Origin: Eledone cirrhosa
Taxonomy: Eukaryota
Reading direction: 5' to 3'
Length of the DNA: 64,000 nt
Assembly: GCA_964016885.1 (NCBI GenBank)
Contig: OZ024749.1
Coordinates: 20,274,001 to 20,338,000 of the forward strand
The notes under the pieces were generated by a model. The model did no database searches. It saw only the letters and a list, made by a program, of their open reading frames with translations, and had not been told where the DNA came from. Both the position numbers and the translations under genes were made by a program. Of the stretch, positions 28,201 through 42,200 are shown one piece after another; position 1 is the first letter of the stretch, and each line of letters begins with the position of its first letter.

Positions 28201-28399
28201 ACTGAGGACCAGAGGTGTGTTTTAACTCCTCAGTAAAGGTGACAGACTGCTGAGGACCAGAGGTGTGTTTTAACTGCTCAGTAAAGGTGACAGATTGCTG
28301 AGGACCAGAGGTGTGTTTTAACTGTTCAGTTAAGGTGACAGAATGCTGAGGACCAGAGGTGTGTTTTAACTCCTCAGTAAAGGTGACAGACTGCTGAGG

Positions 28400-31300
28400 A
28401 CCAGAGGTGTGTTTTAACTCCTCAGTAAAGGTGACAGACTGCTGAGGACCAGAGGTGTGTTTTAACTGTTCAGTTAAGGTGACAGAATGCTGAGGACCAG
28501 AGGTGTGTTTTAACTGCTCAGTAAAGGTGACAGATTGCTGAGGACCAGAGGTGTGTTTTAACTCCTCAGTAAAGGTGACAGACTGCTGAGGACCAGAGGT
28601 GTGTTTTAACTGTTCAGTTAAGGTGACAGAATGCTGAGGACCAGAGGTGTGTTTTAACTCCTCAGTAAAGGTGACAGACTGCTGAGGACCAGAGTTGTGT
28701 TTTAACTGTTCAGTTAAGGTGACAGAATGCTGAGGACCAGAGGTGTGTTTTAACTCCTCAGTAAAGGTGACAGACTGCTGAGGACCAGAGGTGTGTTTTA
28801 ACTGTTCAGTTAAGGTGACAGAATGCTGAGGACCAGAGGTGTGTTTTAACTCCTCAGTAAAGGTGACAGACTGCTGAGGACCAGAGGTGTGTTTTAACTG
28901 TTCAGTTAAGGTGACAGAATGCTGAGGACCAGAGGTGTGTTTTAACTCCTCAGTAAAGGTGACAGACTGCTGAGGACCAGAGGTGTGTTTTAACTGTTCA
29001 GTAAAGGTGACAGACTGCTGAGGACCAGAGGTGTGTTTTAACTGTTCAATTAAGGTGACAGAATGCTGAGGACCAGAGGTGTGTTTTAACTCCTCAGTAA
29101 AGGTGACAGACTGCTGAGGACCAGAGGTGTGTTTTAACTGTTCAGTTAAGGTGACAGAATGCTGAGGACCAGAGGTGTGTTTTAACTCCTCAGTGAAGGT
29201 GACAGAATGCTGAGGACCAGAGGTGTGTTTTAACTCCTCAGTAAAGGTGACAGACTGCTGAGGACCAGAGGTGTGTTCTAACTGTTCAGTTAAGGTGACA
29301 GAATGCTGAGGACCAGAGGTGTGTTTTAACTCCTCAGTGAAGGTGACAGAATGCTGAGGACCAGAGGTGTGTTTTAACTGCTCAGTTAAGGTGACTGAAT
29401 GCTGAGGACCAGAGGTGTGTTTTAACTCCTCAGTAAAGGTGACAGACTGCTGAGGACCAGAGGTGTGTTTTAACTCCTCAGTTAAGGTGACAGATTGCTG
29501 AGGACCAAAGGTGTGTTTTAACTGTTCAGTTAAGGTGACAGATTGCTGAGGAACAGAGGTGTGTTTTAACTCCTCAGTTAAGGTGACAGACTACTGAGAA
29601 CCAGAGGTGTGTTTTAACTCCTCAGTAAAGGTGACAGACTGCTGAGGAACAGGGGTGTGTTTTAACTGTTCAGTTAAGGTGACAGATTGCTGAGGACCAG
29701 AGGTGTGTTTTACCTCCTCAGTGAAGGTGTCAGACTACTGAGGACCAGAGGTGTGTTTTAACTGTTCAGTTAAGGTGACAGAATGCTGAGGACCAGAGGT
29801 GTGTTTTAACTGTTCAGTTAAGGTGTCAGACTACTGAGGACCAGAGGTGTGTTTTAACTGTTCAGTTAAGGTGTCAGACTACTGAGGACCAGAGGTGTGT
29901 TTTAACTGCTCAGTTAAGGTGACAGATTGCTGAGGACCAGAGGTGTGTTTTAACTCCTCAGTTAAGGTGACAGACTACTGAGGACCAGAGGTGTGTTTTA
30001 ACTCCTCAGTTAAGGTGTCAGACTACTGAGGAACAGGGGTCTGTTTTAACTGTTCAGTTAAGGTGACAGATTGCTGAGGACCAGAGGTGTGTTTTAACTG
30101 CTCAGTTAAGGTGTCAGACTACTGAGGACCAGAGGTGTGTTTTAACTGCTCAGTTAAGGTGTCAGACTACTGAGGACCAGAGGTGTGTTTTAACTGCTCA
30201 GTTAAGGTGTCAGACTACTGAGGACCAGAGGTGTGTTTTAACTCCTCAGTTAAGGTGTCAGACTACTGAGGACTAGAGGTGTGTTTTAACTCCTCAGTGA
30301 AGGTGACAGACTACTGAGGAACAGAGGTGTGTTTTAACTGCTCAGTAAAGGTGATAGACTGCTGAGGACCGGAGATGTGTTTTAACTGCTCAGTAAAGGT
30401 GACAGACTGCTGAGGACCAGAGATGTGTTTTAACTGCTCAGTAAAGGTGACAGACTGCTGAGGACCAGAGGTGTGTTTTAACTGCTCAGTAAAGGTGACA
30501 GACTGCTGAGGACCAGAGGTGTGTTTTAACTGTTCAGTTAAGGTGACAGAATGCTGAGGACCAGAGGTGTGTTTTAACTCCTCAGTAAAGGTGACAGACT
30601 GCTGAGGACCAGAGATGTGTTTTAACTGCTCAGTAAAGGTGACAGACTGCTGAGGACCAGAGGTGTGTTTTAACTCCTCAGTTAAGGTGACAGACTACTG
30701 AGGAGCAGAGGTGTGTTTTAACTGCTCAGTAAAGGTGACAGACTGCTGAGGACCAGAGATGTGTTTTAACTGCCCAGTAAAGGTGACAGACTACTGAGGA
30801 CCAGAGATGTGTTTTAACTGCTCAGTAAAGGTGACAGACTGCTGAGGACCAGAGGTGTGTTTTAACTCCTCAGTAAAGGTGACAGACTGCTGAGGACCAG
30901 AGGTGTGTTTTAACTGCTCAGTAAAGGTGACAGACTGCTGAGGACCAGAGATGTGTTTTAACTGCTCAGTAAAGGTGACAGACTACTGAGGACCAGAGAT
31001 GTGTTTTAACTGCTCAGTAAAGGTGACAGACTGCTGAGGACCAGAGGTGTGTTTTAACTCCTCAGTAAAGGTGACAGACTGCTGAGGACCAGAGATGTGT
31101 TTTAACTGCTCAGTAAAGGTGACAGACTGCTGAGGACCAGAGGTGTGTTTTAACTCCTCAGTTAAGGTGACAGATTGCTGAGGACCAGAGGTGTGTTTTA
31201 ACTCCTCAGTTAAGGTGACAGACTACTGAGGACCAGAGGTGTGTTTTAACTGCTCAGTAAAGGTGACAGACTGCTGAGGACCAGAGATGTGTTTTAACTG

Positions 31301-34300
31301 CTCAGTAAAGGTGACAGACTGCTGAGGACCAGAGATGTGTTTTAACTGCTCAGTAAAGGTGACAGACTGCTGAGGACCAGAGGTGTGTTTTAACTGCTCA
31401 GTAAAGGTGACAGACTGCTGAGGACCAGAGGTGTGTTTTAACTGTTCAGTTAAGGTGACAGAATGCTGAGGACCAGAGGTGTGTTTTAACTCCTCAGTAA
31501 AGGTGACAGACTGCTGAGGACCAGAGATGTGTTTTAACTGCTCAGTAAAGGTGACAGACTGCTGAGGACCAGAGGTGTGTTTTAACTCCTCAGTTAAGGT
31601 GACAGACTACTGAGGACCAGAGGTGTGTTTTAACTGCTCAGTAAAGGTGACAGACTGCTGAGGACCAGAGATGTGTTTTAACTGCTCAGTAAAGGTGACA
31701 GACTACTGAGGACCAGAGATGTGTTTTAACTGTTCAGTAAAGGTGACAGACTGCTGAGGACCAGAGGTGTGTTTTAACTCCTCAGTAAAGGTGACAGACT
31801 GCTGAGGACCAGAGATGTGTTTTAACTGCTCAGTAAAGGTGACAGACTGCTGAGGACCAGAGGTGTGTTTTAACTCCTCAGTTAAGGTGACAGATTGCTG
31901 AGGACCAGAGGTGTGTTTTAACTCCTCAGTTAAGGTGACAGACTACTGAGGACCAGAGGTGTGTTTTAACTGCTCAGTAAAGGTGACAGACTGCTGAGGA
32001 CCAGAGATGTGTTTTAACTGCTCAGTAAAGGTGACAGCCTGCTGAGGACCAGAGATGTGTTTTAACTGCTCAGTAAAGGTGACAGACTGCTGAGGACCAG
32101 AGGTGTGTTTTAACTCCTCAGTTAAGGTGACAGACTGCTGAGGACCAGAGATGTGTTTTAACTGCTCAGTAAAGGTGACAGACTGCTGAGGACCAGAGAT
32201 GTGTTTTAACTGCTCAGTAAAGGTGACAGACTGCTGAGGACCAGAGGTGTGTTTTAACTCCTCAGTTAAGGTGACAGACGACTGAGGACCAGAGGTGTGT
32301 TTTAACTGCTCAGTAAAGGTGATAGACTGCTGAGGACCAGAGATGTGTTTTAGCTGCTCAGTAAAGGTGACAGACTGCTGAGGACCAGAGATGTGTTTTA
32401 ACTGCTCAGTAAAGGTGACAGACTGCTGGGGACCAGAGGTGTGTTTTAACTCCTCAGTAAAGGTGACAGACTGCTGAGGACCAGAGATGTGTTTTAACTG
32501 CTCAGTAAAGGTGACAGACTGCTGAGGAACAGAGGTGTGTTTTAACGCCTCAGTTAAGGTGACAGATTGCTGAGGACCAGAGGTGTGTTTTAACTCCTCA
32601 GTTAAGGTGACAGATTGCTGAGGACCAGAGGTGTGTTTTAACTCCTCAGTTAAGGTGACAGATTGCTGAGGACCAGAGGTGTGTTTTAACTCCTCAGGTA
32701 AGGTGACAGATTGCTGAGGACCAGAGGTGTGTTTTAACTCCTCAGTTAAGGTGACAGATTGCTGAGGACCAGAGGTGTGTTTTAACTGCTCAGTAAAGGT
32801 GACAGATTGCTGAGGACCAGAGGTGTGTTTTAACTCCTCAGTTAAGGTGACAGATTGCTGAGGACCAGAGGTGTGTTTTAACTGCTCAGTAAAGGTGACA
32901 GACTACTGAGGACCAGAGGTGTGTTTTAACTCCTCAGTTAAGGTGACAGACTACTGAGGACCAGAGGTGTGTTTTAACTCCTCAGTAAAGGTGACAGACT
33001 GCTGAGGACCAGAGGTGTGTTTTAACTGTTCAGTTAAGGTGACAGAATGCTGAGGACCAGAGGTGTGTTTTAACTCCTCAGTAAAGGTGACAGATTGCTG
33101 AGGACCAGAGGTGTGTTTTAACTCCTCAGTAAAGGTGACAGACTGCTGAGGACCAGAGGTGTGTTTTAACTGTTCAGTTAAGGTGACAGAATGCTGAGGA
33201 CCAGAGGTGTGTTTTAACTCCTCAGTAAAGGTGACAGACTGCTGAGGACCAGAGTTGTGTTTTAACTGTTCAGTTAAGGTGACAGAATGCTGAGGACCAG
33301 AGGTGTGTTTTAACTCCTCAGTAAAGGTGACAGACTGCTGAGGACCAGAGGTGTGTTTTAACTGTTCAGTTAAGGTGACAGAATGCTGAGGACCAGAGGT
33401 GTGTTTTAACTCCTCAGTAAAGGTGACAGACTGCTGAGGACCAGAGGTGTGTTTTAACTGTTCAGTTAAGGTGACAGAATGCTGAGGACCAGAGGTGTGT
33501 TTTAACTCCTCAGTAAAGGTGACAGACTGCTGAGGACCAGAGGTGTGTTTTAACTGTTCAGTAAAGGTGACAGACTGCTGAGGACCAGAGGTGTGTTTTA
33601 ACTGTTCAATTAAGGTGACAGAATGCTGAGGACCAGAGGTGTGTTTTAACTCCTCAGTAAAGGTGACAGACTGCTGAGGACCAGAGGTGTGTTTTAACTG
33701 TTCAGTTAAGGTGACAGAATGCTGAGGACCAGAGGTGTGTTTTAACTCCTCAGTGAAGGTGACAGAATGCTGAGGACCAGAGGTGTGTTTTAACTCCTCA
33801 GTAAAGGTGACAGACTGCTGAGGACCAGAGGTGTGTTCTAACTGTTCAGTTAAGGTGACAGAATGCTGAGGACCAGAGGTGTGTTTTAACTCCTCAGTGA
33901 AGGTGACAGAATGCTGAGGACCAGAGGTGTGTTTTAACTGCTCAGTTAAGGTGACTGAATGCTGAGGACCAGAGGTGTGTTTTAACTCCTCAGTAAAGGT
34001 GACAGACTGCTGAGGACCAGAGGTGTGTTTTAACTCCTCAGTTAAGGTGACAGATTGCTGAGGACCAAAGGTGTGTTTTAACTGTTCAGTTAAGGTGACA
34101 GATTGCTGAGGAACAGAGGTGTGTTTTAACTCCTCAGTTAAGGTGACAGACTACTGAGAACCAGAGGTGTGTTTTAACTCCTCAGTAAAGGTGACAGACT
34201 GCTGAGGAACAGGGGTGTGTTTTAACTGTTCAGTTAAGGTGACAGATTGCTGAGGACCAGAGGTGTGTTTTACCTCCTCAGTGAAGGTGTCAGACTACTG

Positions 34301-37300
34301 AGGACCAGAGGTGTGTTTTAACTGTTCAGTTAAGGTGACAGAATGCTGAGGACCAGAGGTGTGTTTTAACTGTTCAGTTAAGGTGTCAGACTACTGAGGA
34401 CCAGAGGTGTGTTTTAACTGTTCAGTTAAGGTGTCAGACTACTGAGGACCAGAGGTGTGTTTTAACTGCTCAGTTAAGGTGACAGATTGCTGAGGACCAG
34501 AGGTGTGTTTTAACTCCTCAGTTAAGGTGACAGACTACTGAGGACCAGAGGTGTGTTTTAACTCCTCAGTTAAGGTGTCAGACTACTGAGGAACAGGGGT
34601 CTGTTTTAACTGTTCAGTTAAGGTGACAGATTGCTGAGGACCAGAGGTGTGTTTTAACTGCTCAGTTAAGGTGTCAGACTACTGAGGACCAGAGGTGTGT
34701 TTTAACTGCTCAGTTAAGGTGTCAGACTACTGAGGACCAGAGGTGTGTTTTAACTGCTCAGTTAAGGTGTCAGACTACTGAGGACCAGAGGTGTGTTTTA
34801 ACTCCTCAGTTAAGGTGTCAGACTACTGAGGACTAGAGGTGTGTTTTAACTCCTCAGTGAAGGTGACAGACTACTGAGGAACAGAGGTGTGTTTTAACTG
34901 CTCAGTAAAGGTGATAGACTGCTGAGGACCGGAGATGTGTTTTAACTGCTCAGTAAAGGTGACAGACTGCTGAGGACCAGAGATGTGTTTTAACTGCTCA
35001 GTAAAGGTGACAGACTGCTGAGGACCAGAGGTGTGTTTTAACTGCTCAGTAAAGGTGACAGACTGCTGAGGACCAGAGGTGTGTTTTAACTGTTCAGTTA
35101 AGGTGACAGAATGCTGAGGACCAGAGGTGTGTTTTAACTCCTCAGTAAAGGTGACAGACTGCTGAGGACCAGAGATGTGTTTTAACTGCTCAGTAAAGGT
35201 GACAGACTGCTGAGGACCAGAGGTGTGTTTTAACTCCTCAGTTAAGGTGACAGACTACTGAGGAGCAGAGGTGTGTTTTAACTGCTCAGTAAAGGTGACA
35301 GACTGCTGAGGACCAGAGATGTGTTTTAACTGCCCAGTAAAGGTGACAGACTACTGAGGACCAGAGATGTGTTTTAACTGCTCAGTAAAGGTGACAGACT
35401 GCTGAGGACCAGAGGTGTGTTTTAACTCCTCAGTAAAGGTGACAGACTGCTGAGGACCAGAGGTGTGTTTTAACTGCTCAGTAAAGGTGACAGACTGCTG
35501 AGGACCAGAGATGTGTTTTAACTGCTCAGTAAAGGTGACAGACTACTGAGGACCAGAGATGTGTTTTAACTGCTCAGTAAAGGTGACAGACTGCTGAGGA
35601 CCAGAGGTGTGTTTTAACTCCTCAGTAAAGGTGACAGACTGCTGAGGACCAGAGATGTGTTTTAACTGCTCAGTAAAGGTGACAGACTGCTGAGGACCAG
35701 AGGTGTGTTTTAACTCCTCAGTTAAGGTGACAGATTGCTGAGGACCAGAGGTGTGTTTTAACTCCTCAGTTAAGGTGACAGACTACTGAGGACCAGAGGT
35801 GTGTTTTAACTGCTCAGTAAAGGTGACAGACTGCTGAGGACCAGAGATGTGTTTTAACTGCTCAGTAAAGGTGACAGACTGCTGAGGACCAGAGATGTGT
35901 TTTAACTGCTCAGTAAAGGTGACAGACTGCTGAGGACCAGAGGTGTGTTTTAACTGCTCAGTAAAGGTGACAGACTGCTGAGGACCAGAGGTGTGTTTTA
36001 ACTGTTCAGTTAAGGTGACAGAATGCTGAGGACCAGAGGTGTGTTTTAACTCCTCAGTAAAGGTGACAGACTGCTGAGGACCAGAGATGTGTTTTAACTG
36101 CTCAGTAAAGGTGACAGACTGCTGAGGACCAGAGGTGTGTTTTAACTCCTCAGTTAAGGTGACAGACTACTGAGGACCAGAGGTGTGTTTTAACTGCTCA
36201 GTAAAGGTGACAGACTGCTGAGGACCAGAGATGTGTTTTAACTGCTCAGTAAAGGTGACAGACTACTGAGGACCAGAGATGTGTTTTAACTGTTCAGTAA
36301 AGGTGACAGACTGCTGAGGACCAGAGGTGTGTTTTAACTCCTCAGTAAAGGTGACAGACTGCTGAGGACCAGAGATGTGTTTTAACTGCTCAGTAAAGGT
36401 GACAGACTGCTGAGGACCAGAGGTGTGTTTTAACTCCTCAGTTAAGGTGACAGATTGCTGAGGACCAGAGGTGTGTTTTAACTCCTCAGTTAAGGTGACA
36501 GACTACTGAGGACCAGAGGTGTGTTTTAACTGCTCAGTAAAGGTGACAGACTGCTGAGGACCAGAGATGTGTTTTAACTGCTCAGTAAAGGTGACAGCCT
36601 GCTGAGGACCAGAGATGTGTTTTAACTGCTCAGTAAAGGTGACAGACTGCTGAGGACCAGAGGTGTGTTTTAACTCCTCAGTTAAGGTGACAGACTGCTG
36701 AGGACCAGAGATGTGTTTTAACTGCTCAGTAAAGGTGACAGACTGCTGAGGACCAGAGATGTGTTTTAACTGCTCAGTAAAGGTGACAGACTGCTGAGGA
36801 CCAGAGGTGTGTTTTAACTCCTCAGTTAAGGTGACAGACTACTGAGGACCAGAGGTGTGTTTTAACTGCTCAGTAAAGGTGATAGACTGCTGAGGACCAG
36901 AGATGTGTTTTAGCTGCTCAGTAAAGGTGACAGACTGCTGAGGACCAGAGATGTGTTTTAACTGCTCAGTAAAGGTGACAGACTGCTGGGGACCAGAGGT
37001 GTGTTTTAACTCCTCAGTAAAGGTGACAGACTGCTGAGGACCAGAGATGTGTTTTAACTGCTCAGTAAAGGTGACAGACTGCTGAGGAACAGAGGTGTGT
37101 TTTAACGCCTCAGTTAAGGTGACAGATTGCTGAGGACCAGAGGTGTGTTTTAACTCCTCAGTTAAGGTGACAGATTGCTGAGGACCAGAGGTGTGTTTTA
37201 ACTCCTCAGTTAAGGTGACAGATTGCTGAGGACCAGAGGTGTGTTTTAACTCCTCAGGTAAGGTGACAGATTGCTGAGGACCAGAGGTGTGTTTTAACTC

Positions 37301-37605
37301 CTCAGTTAAGGTGACAGATTGCTGAGGACCAGAGGTGTGTTTTAACTGCTCAGTAAAGGTGACAGATTGCTGAGGACCAGAGGTGTGTTTTAACTCCTCA
37401 GTTAAGGTGACAGATTGCTGAGGACCAGAGGTGTGTTTTAACTGCTCAGTAAAGGTGACAGACTACTGAGGACCAGAGGTGTGTTTTAACTCCTCAGTTA
37501 AGGTGACAGACTACTGAGGACCAGAGGTGTGTTTTAACTCCTCAGTAAAGGTGACAGACTGCTGAGGACCAGAGGTGTGTTTTAACTGTTCAGTTAAGGT
37601 GACAG
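28400..37605 (+). repeat. Near-perfect tandem duplication, offset 4560 bp (95 monomers); a third partial copy lies at about 40100-44450 (offset 6383 from copy 2)
   Basis: Rare variants GAGTTG, TTCAAT, GTTCTA, GACTGAAT, ACCAAAG, TTACCTC, GACTAG, CCGGAG, GAGCAG, TGCCCAG, TTAGCT and CAGGTAAG all recur at +4560 (e.g. 29278/33838, 32351/36911). Confidence 0.93.
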
Positions 37606-39227
37606 ACTACTGAGGACCAGAGGTGTGTTTTAACTGTTCAGTGAAGGTGACAGACTACTGAGGAACAGAGGTGTGTTTTAACTGTTCAGTTAAGGTGACA
37701 AACTACTGAGGACCAGAGGTGTGTTTTAACTGCTCAGTAAAGGTGACAGACTGCTGAGGACCAGAGGTGTGTTTTAACTGTTCAGTTAAGGTGACAGAAT
37801 GCTGAGGACCAGAGGTGTGTTTTAACTCCTCAGTAAAGGTGACAGACTGCTGAGGACCAGAGGTGTGTTTTAACTGTTCAGTTAAGGTGACAGAATGCTG
37901 AGGACCAGAGGTGTGTTTTAACTCCTCAGTAAAGGTGACAGACTGCTGAGGACCAGAGGTGTGTTTTAACTGTTCAGTTAAGGTGACAGAATGCTGAGGA
38001 CCAGAGGTGTGTTTTAACTCCTCAGTAAAGGTGACAGACTGCTGAGGACCAGAGGTGTGTTTTAACTCCTCAGTAACGGTGACAGACTGCTGAGGACCAG
38101 AGGTGTGTTTTAACTGTTCAGTTAAGGTGACAGAATGCTGAGGACCAGAGGTGTGTTTTAACTCCTCAGTAAAGGTGACAGACTGCTGAGGACCAGAGGT
38201 GTGTTTTAACTGTTCAGTTAAGGTGACAGAATGCTGAGGACCAGAGGTGTGTTTTAACTCCTCAGTAAAGGTGACAGACTGCTGAGGACCAGAGGTGTGT
38301 TTTAACTCCTCAGTAAAGGTGACAGACTGCTGAGGACCAGAGGTGTGTTTTAACTGTTCAGTTAAGGTGACAGAATGCTGAGGACCAGAGGTGTGTTTTA
38401 ACTCCTCAGTAAAGGTGACAGACTGCTGAGGACCAGAGGTGTGTTTTAACTGTTCAGTTAAGGTGACAGAATGCTGAGGACCAGAGGTGTGTTTTAACTG
38501 TTCAGTTAAGGTGACAGAATGCTGAGGACCAGAGGTGTGTTTTAACTCCTCAGTAAAGGTGACAGATTGCTGAGGACCAGAGGTGTGTTTTAACTCCTCA
38601 GTAAAGGTGACAGACTGCTGAGGACCAGAGGTGTGTTTTAAATGTTCAGTTAAGGTGACAGTATGCTGAGGACCAGAGGTGTGTTTTAACTCCTCAGTAA
38701 AGGTGACGGACTGCTGAGGTCCAGAGGTGTGTTTTAACTGTTCAGTTAAGGTGACAGACTGCTGAGGACCAGAGGTGTGTTTTAACTGTTCAGTTAAGGT
38801 GACAGAATGCTGAGGACCAGAGGTGTGTTTTAACTCCTCAGTAAAGGTGACAGACTGCTGAGGACCAGAGGTGTGTTTTAACTGTTCAGTTAAGGTGACA
38901 GAATGCTGAGGACCAGAGGTGTGTTTTAACTCCTCAGTAAAGGTGACAGACTGCTGAGGACCAGAGGTGTGTTTTAACTCCTCAGTAAAGGTGACAGACT
39001 GCTGAGGACCAGAGGTGTGTTTTAACTGTTCAGTTAAGGTGACAGAATGCTGAGGACCAGAGGTGTGTTTTAACTCCTCAGTAAAGGTGACAGACTGCTG
39101 AGGACCAGAGGTGTGTTTTAACTGTTCAGTTAAGGTGACAGAATGCTGAGGACCAGAGGTGTGTTTTAACTCCTCAGTAAAGGTGACAGACTGCTGAGGA
39201 CCAGAGTTGTGTTTTAACTCCTCAGTA

Positions 39228-39236
39228 AAGATACAG
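39228..39236 (+). other. 1-bp deletion in a monomer (AAAGATACAG versus consensus AAAGGTGACAG)
   Basis: Array phase shifts by -1 after about 39232. Confidence 0.9.
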
Positions 39237-42200
39237 ACTGCTGAGGACCAGAGGTGTGTTTTAACTGTTCAGTTAAGGTGACAGAATGCTGAGGACCAGA
39301 GGTGTGTTTTAACTCCTCAGTGAAGGTGACAGAATGCTGAGGACCAGAGGTGTGTTTTAACTCCTCAGTAAATGTGACAGACTGCTGAGGACCAGAGGTG
39401 TGTTTTAACTGTTCAGTTAAGGTGACAGAATGCTGAGGACCAGAGGTGTGTTTTAACTCCTCAGTGAAGGTGACAGAATGCTGAGGACCAGAGGTGTGTT
39501 TTAACTCCTCAGTAAAGGTGACAGACTGCTGAGGACCAGAGGTGTGTTTTAACTGTTCAGTTAAGGTGACTGTATGCTGAGGACCAGAGGTGTGTTTTAA
39601 CTCCTCAGTAAAGGTGACAGACTGCTGAGGACCAGAGGTGTGTTTTAACTGTTCAGTTAAGGTGACAGAATGCTGAGGACCAGAGGTGTGTTTTAACTCC
39701 TCAGTAAAGGTGACAGACTGCTGAGGACCAGAGGTGTGTTTTAACTGTTCAGTTAAGGTGACAGAATGCTGAGGACCAGAGGTGTGTTTTAACTCCTCAG
39801 TAAAGGTGACAGACTGCTGAGGACCAGAGGTGTGTTTTAACTGTTCAGTTAAGGTGACAGAATGCTGAGGACCAGAGGTATGTTTTAACTCCTCAGTAAA
39901 GGTGACAGACTGCTGAGGACCAGAGGTGTGTTTTAACTCCTCAGTAAAGGTGACAGACTGCTGAGGACCAGAGGTGTGTTTTAACTGTTCAGTTAAGGTG
40001 ACAGAATGCTGAGGACCAGAGGTGTGTTTTAACTCCTCAGTAAAGGTGACAGACTGCTGAGGACCAGAGGTGTGTTTTAACTGTTCAGTTAAGGTGACAG
40101 AATGCTGAGGACCAGAGGTGTGTTTTAACTCCTCAGTGAAGGTGACAGAATGCTGAGGACCAGAGGTGTGTTTTAACTCCTCAGTAAAGGTGACAGACTG
40201 CTGAGGACCAGAGGTGTGTTCTAACTGTTCAGTTAAGGTGACAGAATGCTGAGGACCAGAGGTGTGTTTTAACTCCTCAGTGAAGGTGACAGAATGCTGA
40301 GGACCAGAGGTGTGTTTTAACTGCTCAGTTAAGGTGACTGAATGCTGAGGACCAGAGGTGTGTTTTAACTCCTCAGTAAAGGTGACAGACTGCTGAGGAC
40401 CAGAGGTGTGTTTTAACTCCTCAGTTAAGGTGACAGATTGCTGAGGACCAAAGGTGTGTTTTAACTGTTCAGTTAAGGTGACAGATTGCTGAGGAACAGA
40501 GGTGTGTTTTAACTCCTCAGTTAAGGTGACAGACTACTGAGAACCAGAGGTGTGTTTTAACTCCTCAGTAAAGGTGACAGACTGCTGAGGAACAGGGGTG
40601 TGTTTTAACTGTTCAGTTAAGGTGACAGATTGCTGAGGACCAGAGGTGTGTTTTACCTCCTCAGTGAAGGTGTCAGACTACTGAGGACCAGAGGTGTGTT
40701 TTAACTGTTCAGTTAAGGTGACAGAATGCTGAGGACCAGAGGTGTGTTTTAACTGTTCAGTTAAGGTGTCAGACTACTGAGGACCAGAGGTGTGTTTTAA
40801 CTGTTCAGTTAAGGTGTCAGACTACTGAGGACCAGAGGTGTGTTTTAACTGCTCAGTTAAGGTGACAGATTGCTGAGGACCAGAGGTGTGTTTTAACTCC
40901 TCAGTTAAGGTGACAGACTACTGAGGACCAGAGGTGTGTTTTAACTCCTCAGTTAAGGTGTCAGACTACTGAGGAACAGGGGTCTGTTTTAACTGTTCAG
41001 TTAAGGTGACAGATTGCTGAGGACCAGAGGTGTGTTTTAACTGCTCAGTTAAGGTGTCAGACTACTGAGGACCAGAGGTGTGTTTTAACTGCTCAGTTAA
41101 GGTGTCAGACTACTGAGGACCAGAGGTGTGTTTTAACTGCTCAGTTAAGGTGTCAGACTACTGAGGACCAGAGGTGTGTTTTAACTCCTCAGTTAAGGTG
41201 TCAGACTACTGAGGACTAGAGGTGTGTTTTAACTCCTCAGTGAAGGTGACAGACTACTGAGGAACAGAGGTGTGTTTTAACTGCTCAGTAAAGGTGATAG
41301 ACTGCTGAGGACCAGAGATGTGTTTTAACTGCTCAGTAAAGGTGACAGACTGCTGAGGACCAGAGATGTGTTTTAACTGCTCAGTAAAGGTGACAGACTG
41401 CTGAGGACCAGAGGTGTGTTTTAACTGCTCAGTAAAGGTGACAGACTGCTGAGGACCAGAGGTGTGTTTTAACTGTTCAGTTAAGGTGACAGAATGCTGA
41501 GGACCAGAGGTGTGTTTTAACTCCTCAGTAAAGGTGACAGACTGCTGAGGACCAGAGATGTGTTTTAACTGCTCAGTAAAGGTGACAGACTGCTGAGGAC
41601 CAGAGGTGTGTTTTAACTCCTCAGTTAAGGTGACAGACTACTGAGGAGCAGAGGTGTGTTTTAACTGCTCAGTAAAGGTGACAGACTGCTGAGGACCAGA
41701 GATGTGTTTTAACTGCCCAGTAAAGGTGACAGACTACTGAGGACCAGAGATGTGTTTTAACTGCTCAGTAAAGGTGACAGACTGCTGAGGACCAGAGGTG
41801 TGTTTTAACTCCTCAGTAAAGGTGACAGACTGCTGAGGACCAGAGGTGTGTTTTAATTGCTCAGTAAAGGTGACAGACTGCTGAGGACCAGAGATGTGTT
41901 TTAACTGCTCAGTAAAGGTGACAGACTACTGAGGACCAGAGATGTGTTTTAACTGCTCAGTAAAGGTGACAGACTGCTGAGGACCAGAGGTGTGTTTTAA
42001 CTCCTCAGTAAAGGTGACAGACTGCTGAGGACCAGAGATGTGTTTTAACTGCTCAGTAAAGGTGACAGACTGCTGAGGACCAGAGGTGTGTTTTAACTCC
42101 TCAGTTAAGGTGACAGATTGCTGAGGACCAGAGGTGTGTTTTAACTCCTCAGTTAAGGTGACAGACTACTGAGGACCAGAGGTGTGTTTTAACTGCTCAG

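Noticed and set aside
32695-32703. CAGGTAAG variant matching a splice-donor consensus (six copies)
   Set aside because: It is a single T>G change spread by block duplication, with no exon or acceptor context.
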